Source: Macrostomum lignano (lineage: Eukaryota). From it: a stretch of DNA of 64,000 nt. The stretch spans positions 124,001 through 188,000 of the forward strand of contig NIVC01001398.1 in NCBI GenBank assembly GCA_002269645.1, given 5' to 3'. Below, piece after piece: positions 31,879-42,640 of this stretch (position 1 is its first letter; each line of letters opens with the position of its first letter). Both the position numbers and the translations under genes were made by a program. The notes beneath the pieces were generated by a model, which was given only the letters and a program-made list of their open reading frames with translations, did not search any database and was not told where the DNA came from.

Positions 31879-32275
31879 TTGTTCTGTCGCTCGTGATTCA
31901 TTCATTGCGTATAAATTCAAATGAGATTCGCTTGTTTTTAGAAGCTAAAAAATGCAGACAAAATATTCAAAAAAATTATGGGATTTTCACACTGCATAAT
32001 CTATATTAAGCTGGGAAATTTCTCAACAACATCTGAAATAACATTCAATTTTACAAAGACACAACACAACATTCAGAGGGTACTGTGCTGCAGATCTTTG
32101 ATTCCTTACAAAATTGCTGTCTGGGGCGGCGGTTTTCAATGTTTCTAAGTACACTCACTCGTACAATTAGATGCTGCAAAGTCCTGAATCTGTTGAAAAT
32201 TCGCGTCCTAAAGTGCACTGGCTAATCCGATGAAGGACAGTAGGGGGGTCTGGCGGGTGTTGCCTCGGTGCTTAG

Positions 32276-32530
32276 AGTCATGTGACTGCAGCTGTGAATG
32301 ATCGAGCGACGGCTTCTCCCCCCCCCTCCCCTCCCTCGCGCTGTTTAAACCTCCGAGTGCGACTCAATTTAACGTAGAAACGAAGTTTAGGCGAGAAAAG
32401 CACACAATTAATCAGCTTGTCAGTCTGTGGGCGCGGCCCGATCTTTCCGAGTCATGTGACCACTCACTCAAGATAAAGAGAGACAGTCAGTGAGCTATAG
32501 AGATACTGACAGCCCAGTAAGTCACGTGAA
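32276..32530. promoter_or_regulatory. E-box cluster (GTCATGTGAC x2, GTCACGTGA) upstream of DPH5
   Basis: gagtcatgtgact at ~32276, gagtcatgtgacc at ~32449 and gtcacgtga at 32521, 550-800 nt upstream of the DPH5 ATG. Confidence 0.4.
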
Positions 32531-33073
32531 GCGGTCTCGGCGCTTACCTGCAGCCTCCTCCCACGCGTCTGCCTGCCCCGGCCGGGTGTTGTGCCCCCCA
32601 GCTACAGTGCTGACGCACTCTCTGGCTTGCATTGTTTGGTCTCTGCATAGCTGGCAGAGCGCCGCGAAGGGAGATGGGAGTGAGATAGAGAGATTCTGAC
32701 GAAACACCACGCCTTACCGTGACCCAATCTAATTCTGGATTCTGAACTGCGTATAGCAAACCAAAAAAGCGTAGCGCCAAGTGCAATTTCTCGGCTAAAA
32801 AACCCATTGCCTTTTCAATTTGGACTTTTTATTCAGTGCACTTGCACCACTGGAGCTTGTTTCTTTCTGGACCAAATCAAAGCAAAACAGCTTTCTTCCG
32901 AATGACAATAATAAGTTCCAAAATATTGCACGTTAAAAATTTCTCTGTTGCCATCTGAGTCGAATCTACCTATTGCTAGTAGAGTAGTTTGCATTTCATA
33001 CTTTTACCTTGTATTTTATTTGCACTCATGTTTCAGCTGGTAGAAGAAGTTCGCTCGGCCCTGAGTTGCTAAA

Positions 33074-35410
33074 ATGCTCTACCTGATCGGCATCGGGCTT
33101 TCCGATCCAGAGGACGTAACGGTCCGCGGCCTGGAGCTGATTCGCTCGTCAGCCCGGGTGTTCCTCGATGCCTACACCTCCATTCTGAGCGTTGGTGAGT
33201 CTACTCAACTATTGGTTTTTCCAGTCCAGATCCCAGTCCAGTCCAGATCCCAATCCAGTCCAATCCCTGTCCTGATCCCAATCCAGTAGAATCCCAGTCC
33301 TGATCCCAATCCCAGTCCAGATCCCAATAATGTCAAATCCCAGTCCAGATCCCAGTCCAAATCCCAAACCCAGTCCAGATCCCATTCCAGTCGAATCCCA
33401 ATCCAGTCCAATCCCAGTCCAGATCCCAATCCAGTCCAATCCCAGTCCAGATCCCAATCCAGTAGAATCCCAGTTCTGATCCCAATCCCAGTCCAGATCC
33501 CAATAATGTAGAATCTCAGTCCAGATCCCAGTCCAGATCCCAGTCCAGATCCCAATCCAGTCCAATCCCAGTCCTGATCCCAATCCAGTCCAATCCCATG
33601 TCCAGATCCCAATCCAGTCTAATCCCAGTCCAGATCCCCATAATGTCGAATCCCAGTCCAGATCTCAATCCCATCTATCTGTCCCAGGCAAGGACCGCTT
33701 AGAGGAATTCTACGGCAGGCCAGTGGAGCTGGCAGACCGCGACCTGGTCGAGCAGGGCGACGTCATCCTCGCCGCGGCCCAGAGCGCCGACGTGTCCTTT
33801 CTGGTTGTGGGTGATCCGCTGGGCGCTACCACTCACGCTGACCTCGCCATGCGGGCCAGGCAGCGCGGCGTCGCCTACCGGGTGGTGCACAACGCCTCCG
33901 TACTCACCGCCGTCGCCTCCTGCGGCCTGCAGTTGTACACCTTCGGCGAGACCGTCTCTGTGCCGTTCTGGGACGCAGTCAGCCGGCCTAGCAGCTTCCT
34001 GGACAAACTGCTGGGCAATTGGGAGAGGAATCTGCACACCCTGTGCCTGCTGGACATCCGGGTGCGAGAGCCAACAATGGAGAGTCTTCTCAGAGGACGG
34101 CCGGAGTTCGAGCCGCCTAGGTGCGTGCGTCGCGGGTCAGAGGTCAGAGGGTCAGATGAGGGCACAATGCCACGCAACAGTTCAGTGATGATAGCAGACC
34201 TCACCTATATTGACCTAGTGACTTCAACTGACCCAGTGACTCGCTTGACCCAGTCATCCACCTGACCCAATGGCCCACCTGACCCAGTGACCCACCTGAC
34301 CCAATGACTCGCTTGACCCAGTCACCCACCTGACCCAGTGACCCACCTGACCCAAGGACGCACCTGACCCAGTGTCCCACCTGACCCAGTGACCCACCTG
34401 ACCCAGTGACTCGCTTGACCCAGTCACCCACCTGACCCAGTCACCCATCTGACCCAATGACCAACCTGACCCAGGGACGCACCTGACCCAGTGTCCCACC
34501 TGACCCAGTGACCCACCTGACCCAGTGACCCACCTGACCCAGTCACCCACCTGACCCAATGGCCCACCTGACCCAATGACCCACCTGACCCATTGACCCA
34601 CCTGACCCAATGACCCACCTGACCCAGGAACGCACCTGACCCAGTGTCCCACCTGACCCAGTGACCCACCTGACCCAGTGACCCACCTGACCCAATGGCC
34701 TACCTGACCCAGTGACCCACCTGACCCAGGGACGCACCTGACCCAGTGACCCACCTGACCCATTGACCCACCTGACCCAATGACCCACCTGAGCCAGGAA
34801 CGCACCTGACCCAGTGTCCCACCTGACCCAGTGACCCACCTGACCCAGTCACCCACCTGACCCAGTGACCCACCTGACCCAGGGACTCACCTAACCCAGG
34901 GACGCACCTGACCCAGGGACGCATCTGACCCAGTGTCCCACCTGACCCAGTGACCCACCTGACCCAGTGACCCACCTGACCCCACCGGCCCGCTCCAAGC
35001 TGTCCCTGTTACATGTACTTGCCGACTTCCCTCGCCGCAGATTCATGAGCTGCTCCGTGGCCGCTGAGCAGCTGCTGGCTCTACTAGCCGAGGTCTCTGC
35101 CGCTGAGGACAACGCTGACCTCCTGGCCGACTCCGACGCCGCCGAGCTGCGCAACCGGCTGAACCGTCGCAAGCAGCTGCCGCCGCCGGAGCGACTCCTG
35201 ACCGTCGGCCTGGCCCGCCTCGGCAGTCCTGACGAGCGCATCGCCGCCTGCAGCCTCGCCGACATGGCCAGCCGCGACCTCGGGCCGCCGCTGCACTCAC
35301 TGGTGGTGCCGGCGCCTCGGCTGCACCCGGTCGAAGCCGAGTTCCTCCGCCAATTTGCCGACACCGAGGCCGACGCTGCTTTAGTGGACGCGTCCGCTGC
35401 GGAGCGTTGA
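33074..35410 (+). CDS. DPH5: Diphthine methyl ester synthase (3 exons, 307 aa)
   Basis: Exons 33074-33194, 33688-34120 and 35041-35410; phases are consistent. Motifs: MLYLIGIGL.D..D.TVRGLE, AYTSIL, ADRDLVEQ, FLVVGDPLGATTHADL, VHNASVLTAVASCGLQLYTFGETVSVPFW, LHTLCLLDIRVRE, EPPRFMS, GLARLGS.DERI, DLGPPLHSLVVP, LHPVEAEFL. Confidence 0.97.
33213..33680. repeat. Minisatellite (ccagtccagatcccaat-type) filling DPH5 intron 1
   Basis: Degenerate CCAGTC/CCAATC iteration up to the acceptor. Confidence 0.93.
34215..34985. repeat. Minisatellite, 17 bp unit (cccacctgacccagtga) filling DPH5 intron 2
   Basis: Tandem 17-mer; gives the GSGGSLGQVGHWVRWVT artefact ORFs. Confidence 0.95.
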
Positions 35411-35504
35411 CTTGTCCGGGGCTGAATTGGGCGGGTAGTGAGCAGGTGGACTGCGAGGTCTAGGCTCAAGTTATCTTGTCCTTGCCAAACTTTGGGCTCT
35501 CTTC

Positions 35505-36630
35505 ATGTGACCCGTGTCCTCATATGACCCTCCCGTGTTCTCATTTTACCTCCTCTGCACCTAAACTATCCCGTGTCTTCACTTGACCCATCCCGTGTCT
35601 TCACTTGACCTATCCCGTGTCCTCACTTGACCTATCCCGTGTCCTCACTTGACCTATTCCGTGTCCTCAGTTGACCTATTCCGTGTCCTCAGTTGACCTA
35701 TCCCGTGTCCTCACTTGACCTATCCCGTGTCCTCACTTGACCTATCCCGTGTCCTCACTTGACCTATTCCGTGTCCTCAGTTGACCTATTCCGTGTCCTC
35801 AGTTGACCTATCCCGTGTCCTCACTTGACCTATCCCGTGTCCTCACTTGACCTATCCCGTGTCCTCACTTGACCTATCCCGTGTCCTCAGTTGACCTATC
35901 CCGTGTCCTCAGTTGACCTATCCCGTGTCCTCAGTTGACCTTTCCCGTGTCCTCAGTTGACCTATCCCGTGTCCTCAGTTGACCTTTCCCGTGTCCTCAG
36001 TTGACCTATTCCGTGTCCTCACTTGACCTATCCCATGTCCTCACTTGACCCATCCCGTGTCCTCAGTTGACCTTTCCCGTGTCCTCAGTTGACCTATCCC
36101 GTGTCCTCACTTGACCTTTCCCGTGTCCTCACTTGACCTATCCCGTATCCTCACTTGACCTATCCCGTGTCCTCACTTGACCTATCCCGTGTCCTCACTT
36201 GACCTATCCCGTGTCCTCAGTTGACCTATCCCGTGTCCTCAGTTGACCTATCCCGTGTCCTCAGTTGACCTTTCCCGTGTCCTCAGTTGACCTATCCCGT
36301 GTCCTCAGTTGACCTTTCCCGTGTCCTCAGTTGACCTATTCCGTGTCCTCACTTGACCTATCCCATGTCCTCACTTGACCCATCCCGTGTCTTCACTTGA
36401 CCTATCCCGTGTCCTCAGTTGACCTATCCCGTGTCCTCAGTTGACCTTTCCCGTGTCCTCAGTTGACCTTTCCCGTGTCCTCACTTGACCTATCCCGTAT
36501 CCTCAGTTGACCTATTCCGTGTCCTCACTTGACCTATCCCGTGTCCTCACTTGACTCGTGTTCTCAGTTGACCTATTCCGTGTCCTCACTTGACCTATCC
36601 CGTGTCCTCACTTGACCCGTGTCCTTACCT
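35505..36630. repeat. Minisatellite, 22 bp unit (gtgtcctcacttgacctatccc)
   Basis: About 50 tandem units downstream of DPH5. Confidence 0.95.
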
Positions 36631-37154
36631 CATAGTTATCATCACTTAACCCTTATCCTCATCGCGCCGTGCCTTTAGGCTGTTGCCCTCCTAATTCATC
36701 CAGCGCGCTAAGTAGTATTTTATTGACTTTAATCTTAATATTAATTGCGATTCGCCTAAACTATTTCCGCAAATGTTACACACACGCGTTTCAATGAGTT
36801 GAGCATTTCTGGAATTCGCTTTTAGTTGCTAAGTGCAAGTTGTTTTGGTTTCAGCAATGCCTGTTCCGTGATTGTCTGCTTTCGCGGCTGTTAGTTGAAA
36901 ATATATCTAATTTTCTTGGCACAATCATGCCTGCAGCATGCAAGTCTAACTCTTTGTTTTGTTGACATCATAAATATTTCAAGTCGCTATTTCTCATTGT
37001 TTCACTTTTTCGACTTAGACACCTAAATGTCTACTTACAAGTAGAATATTAGGGCTTGATTTTCTACAAATGCGAAAGGTCATTTGACCCGGCAGGAACT
37101 CGTATTGGGGTCTTGAAAGTTCGGTATGAGATAGTACGAGTTGACTGAGATCAC

Positions 37155-37932
37155 GGTCAGGTGAGGACACTGGATCTGGTGAGGTCACGGGGTCAGGTGA
37201 GGACACTGGATCTGGTGAGGTCACGGGGTCAGGTGAGGACACTGGATCTGGTGAGGTCACGGGGTCAGGTGAGGACACTGGATCTGGTGAGGTCACGGGG
37301 TCAGGTGAGGACACTGGATCTGGTGAGGTCACGGGGTCAGGTGAGGACACTGGATCTGGTGAGGTCACGGGGTCAGGTGAGGACACTGGATCTGGTGAGG
37401 TCACGGGGTCAGGTGAGGACACTGGATCTGGTGAGGTCACAAGGTAAGGTGAGGACACTGGATCTGGTGAGGTCACGGGGTCAGGTGAGGACACTGGATC
37501 TTGTGGGGTCAGGTGAGGACACTGGATCTTGTGGGGTCACGGGGTCAGGTGAGGACACTGGATCTGGTGAGGTCACAAGGTAAGGTGCGGACACTGGATC
37601 TGGTGAGGTCACGGGGTCAGGTGAGGACACTGGATCTTGTGGGGTCAGGTGAGGACACTGGATCTTGTGGGGTCACGGGGTCAGGTGAGGACACTGGATC
37701 TGGTGAGGTCACGGGGTCAGGTGAGGACACTGGATCTGGTGAGGTCACAAGGTAAGGTGAGGACACTGGATCCGGTAAGTTCACAGGGTCAGGTGAGGAC
37801 ACTGGATCTGGTGAGGTCACGGGGTCAGGTGAGGACACTGGATCTGTTGAGGTCACGGGGTCAAATAAGGACACTGGATCTGTTGAGGTCACGGGGTCAA
37901 ATAAGGACACTGGATCTGATGAGGTCACATGA
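37155..37932. repeat. Minisatellite, 36 bp unit (ggtcaggtgaggacactggatctggtgaggtcacgg)
   Basis: About 21 tandem units; the unit is an 18+18 dimer. Confidence 0.95.
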
Positions 37933-38751
37933 CATGATCCAAGTGCATTAATTAGTCAGTAATTTGTCCAACTACCTCTGCAATGTGTGTCCTGGCTCAA
38001 GCGGCAGTATTCTGCCCATTTCACTCTAATCATGGCGAGAGAAGAGTCATGAAACCAGACAGTTTCAGTATTTATCCGACAGTTGCTATCGCCCAACTTT
38101 TTCATGCTATTGTTATAGTTGGATTCCCAGGTCAGACACGCGTGGATCAAAGCTAAAGTTTTAAGCGATTGCACGTATTTGCTCAGGTTTTCCATTAGGA
38201 ACACTAAGGAGATTGCGGACAAATTCTGAAGTCGCTCCAGATCCTGTTTTTGCATTTGGTATTGTAGAGTTAGTGGAGAAGCTTTAGCAAGCTTGGCAGT
38301 TGTTTGCAGCTCACATTGGCCTCGCTTCACTACCCTCTGGGATGCCTATTGGAACTCACTCGTGCCACATTCACTTCTGACTGGGAGCTGCAGCTGGGAT
38401 CGGGGGGGGGGGGCTTCCGTTACTGACACGCTTATTATCAGTCTCGGAGGCAAGATATTGCAAGGGATGCAAGCCCCGCTGCTGAGGCCAAGGCGAAGCG
38501 ATATTTAAGCCGGCCTTCTGTCACTCATTTTTCTGTTATTATTTTCTTAGAAAGTTTCCGTTGCCTCGGTATTGATTGGCCGAACTGAGTTGCTGTTGGT
38601 TGCTAACGGAAAGCGGCAGAGCAATAATTCTGCTGCCGCGAACCCCCTTTTATCCATGCCTCTCGTTCATTTACTGTTGGCTTGGAAACATCGCTGCGGT
38701 TGGTTCAGTCTACGATCGCTGCGAAACCGATGGGTAGTGAAGATAAATTCT

Positions 38752-39421
38752 GTCTTAGTGTCTGCCTGCCTGTCTTAGTGTCTGCCTGCCTGTCTTAGTG
38801 TCTGCCTGCCTGTCTGCCTGTCTGCCTGCCTGTCTGCCTGCCTGTCTGCCTGCCTGTCTGCCAGCCTGTCCGCCTGCCTGTCTGCCAGCCTGTCTGCCTG
38901 CCTGTCTGCCAGCCTGTCTGCCTGCCTGTCTGCCAGCCTGTCTGCCTGCCTGTCTGCCAGCCTGTCTGCCTGCCTGTCTGCCTACCTGTCTTAGTGTCTG
39001 TCTGCCTGTCTGTCTGCCTGCCTGTCTGCCTGCCTGTCTGCCTGCCTGTCTGCCTGCCTGTCTGCCTGCCTGCCTGTCTTAGTGTCTGCCAGCCTGTCTG
39101 CCAGCCTGTCTTAGTGTCTGTCTGCCTGCCTGTCTGCCTGCCTGTCTGCCTGCCTGTCTGCCTGTCTTAGTGTCTGCCAGCCTGTCTGCCTGCCTGCCTG
39201 TCTTAGTGTCTGCCAGCCTGTCTGCCAGCCTGTCTTAGTGTCTGTCTGCCTGCCTGCCTGCCTGTCTGCCTGCCTGCCTGTCTGCCTGCCTGTCTGCCTG
39301 CCTGTCTGCCTGCCTGTCTGCCTGCCTGTCTGCCTGCCTGTCTGCCTGCCTGTCTTAGGTTCTGCCAGCCTGTCTGCCAGCCTGTCTTAGTGTCTGTCTG
39401 CCAGCCTGTCTTAGTGTCTGT

Positions 39422-39458
<37 letters not shown>

Positions 39459-39528
39459 TGCCTGCCTGTCTGCCAGCCTGTCTTAGTGTCTGTCTGCCTG
39501 CCTGTCTGTTTGTCTGCCTGTCTGTCTA

Positions 39529-39587
<59 letters not shown>

Positions 39588-39740
39588 TAGTGTCTGCCAG
39601 CCTGTCTACCAGCCTGTCTTAGTGTCTGTCTGCCTGCCTGCCTGCCTGTCTGCCTGTCTGTCTGCCTGCCTGCCTGCCTGTCTGCCTGCCTGTCTGCCTG
39701 CCTGTCTGCCAGCCTGTCTTACTGTCTGTCTGCCTGCCTA

Positions 39741-39823
<83 letters not shown>

Positions 39824-39855
39824 GCCAGCCTGTCTGTCTGTCTTTCTGTCTGTCT
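38752..39855. repeat. (CTGC/CTGT)n compound tetranucleotide satellite with cttagtgt interruptions
   Basis: Direct inspection. Confidence 0.95.
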
Positions 39856-40339
39856 ATTTCTGTCGGTCCCAGAACCAACCAAATATTCAATCTTTCTGTT
39901 CCTCACTCTGCCATCCTCTTTCCCGTTCATCACTCTCTAACTTCCTTCCTCAAAGGAGTCTTCAGGCAACAAGTCATCGGAAAAATACGAGCTAGGTTGT
40001 ACTTCTCCGTCCTGAATACAAAAATTATAATTTACAGTTGGAGCAGTTAAAAGTCAATTACAAAAAAAGCCACCCAATAAAAGTTGCTTTCTGACCACCT
40101 GCCCGCGCTGGCTTTGATTAACCTTTGCGACTGGGAGAAATTGGGGGGGGGGGGAATTCAGTCTGAGCGGCTCAGCAGGCAGCCGCACACGGGGATCACG
40201 GCAGTGTTGCGTCTGCAGCGCACATTTCACTTTTGGGCCGCAAATAGTGCGACATGTGACTTGTAGAGAGACCACAGGGACAGACCGAGACAGATATTTT
40301 TTATTCTCTTTCATTATCTTTATCAGTCTGCCGTTTTCC

Positions 40340-41637
40340 CTTCTGTCTCTCTCTCTCTATCTCTCTCTCCCTCTCTCCCTCTTCCTCTCTTCACTCTATC
40401 TCTTGAACTCTCTGACGAAGCGCCCAGAGGCTTGAAGTAGCCAATAATTTTAGAACTCAATACGCCGTGACCTCTCACTCTCTCACACACACTCTCTCTC
40501 TCTCTCTCACTCTCACACACTCTCTCTCTCTTCACTCTTTCTCTCACTCTCTCACACACACTCTCTCTTCACTCTCTCTCTCACTCTCTCACACACTCTC
40601 TCTCTTCACTCTCTCTCTCTTTCTCACTCTCTCACACACACACACACACTCTCTCTCTATCTCTCTCTCTCACTCTCTCACACACACACACACTCTCTCT
40701 CTCTCTCTCTCACTCTCTCACACACTCTCTATTCATTCTCTCTCTCTCTTTCTCACTCTCTCACTCTCTCACACACACACACTCTCTTCTTTCTCTCTCT
40801 CTCTCACTCTCTCACACATACTCTCTCTCTCACTCTCACACACACTCTCTCTCTTCACTCTCTCTCTCTTTCTCACTCTCTCACACACACACACTCTCTT
40901 TTCTCTCTCCCTCTCTCTTCTTTCTCTCTCTCTCTCACTCTCACACACACTTTCTCTCTTCTCTCTCTCTCTCACTCTCTCACACACACACTCTCTCTCT
41001 CTTCACTCTCTCTCTCTCTCACTCTCACACACACTCTCTCTCTTCACTCTCTCTCTCTTTCTCACTCTCTCACTCTCTCACACGCACAAACTCTCTTCTC
41101 TCTCTCCTCTCTCTTCTTTCTCTCTCTCTCTCACTCTCTCACACACACTCTCTCTCTCTTCACTCTCTCTCTCTCACTCTCACACACACACTCTCTCTTC
41201 ACTCTCTCTCTTTCTCACTCTCTCACTCTCTCACACGCACACACTCTCTTCTCTCTCTCCTCTCTCTTCTTTCTCTCTCTCTCTCACTCTCTCACACACA
41301 CTCTCTCTCTCACTCTCACACACACTCTCTCTCTTCACTCTCTCTCTCTCTCTCTTTCTCACTCTCTCACTCTCTCACACACACTCTCTCTCTCACTCTC
41401 ACACACACTCTCTCTCTTCACTCTCTCTCTCTCTCTTTCTCACTCTCTCACTCTCTCACACACACACACACTCTCTTCTCTCTCTCCTCTCTCTTCTTTC
41501 TCTCTCTCTCTCTCACTCTCTCACACACACTCTCTCTCTCACTCTCACACACACTCTCTCTCTTCACTCTCTCTCTCTTTCTCACTCTCTCACTCTCTCA
41601 CACACACACACACTCTCTTCTCTCTCTCCCTCTCTCT

Positions 41638-41687
<50 letters not shown>

Positions 41688-41902
41688 TCTCTCTCTTTCT
41701 TTCTCTTTCTCTCTCTCTCTCTGTCTCTCTCTCTCTCTTTCTCTTTCTCTCTCTTTTTTTCTCTTTCTCTCTCTCTCTTTCTCTTTCTCTCTCTCTCTTT
41801 CTCTTTCTCTCTCTTTCTTTCTTTCTCTCTCTCTCCCTCTCTCTCTCCCTCTCTATCCCTCGCATTCTGCCCTGACGAAGAATATGCAATATTGGAGGTG
41901 CC

Positions 41903-41962
<60 letters not shown>

Positions 41963-42010
41963 TCTCTTTCTCTCTCTCTTATTCACTCTCATAAACCGCA
42001 CTCTCACTCT
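40340..42010. repeat. (CT)n/(CA)n compound microsatellite
   Basis: Direct inspection; source of the 605-aa S/L/H artefact ORF. Confidence 0.95.
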
Positions 42011-42354
42011 CCCTCTCCCGCAATCTGAAATATATTCTTACTTTGAGCGTAAAGCCACAGCCTTAAAAATTACCTTCCCCCATAGATATGCAGCAATTGT
42101 ATGCGGATTTGTTAAACAAATTTTCGCACAGAAAGTTTATCGTCTTGTATTGCAAAAATGCTTTGGCTACCTGGCGATGGCTATGGAGCAGTTTTGGGAC
42201 TCTTTATCAGCTGCATTGCAAATACTCTCCGTGGAGGGAATTCTGTTATTTGTATTAGACAAGAATTGTCAGGCTGTTCTTTAACTGGAAGGAGCGCTGT
42301 GCTTAGTTTAGTGGTACAGCTAGTGTTGCACTTGTGTATACGGAATTCATCATG

Positions 42355-42640
42355 GTAGGGGGTAGAGGGGTAGGGGAGAGGAATTAGAGGGGTAGGGAAG
42401 AAGTTAGAGGGGTAGGGGAGAGGTTAGAGGGGGTAGGGACGAGGTTAGAGGGGTAGGGAGAGGTTAGAGGGGTAGGGACGAGGTTAGAGGGGTAGGGGAG
42501 AGGTTAGAGGGGTAGGGACGAGGTTAGAGGGGTAGGGGAGAGGTTAGAGGGGTAGGGGAGAGGTTAGAGGGGGTAGGGACGAGGTTAGAGGGGTAGGGGA
42601 GAGGTTAGAGGGATAGGGGAGAGGTTAGAGGGGTAGGGAA
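42355..42640. repeat. G-rich 20 bp minisatellite (gaggttagaggggtagggga)
   Basis: About 13 tandem units with G4/G2 runs. Confidence 0.92.
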
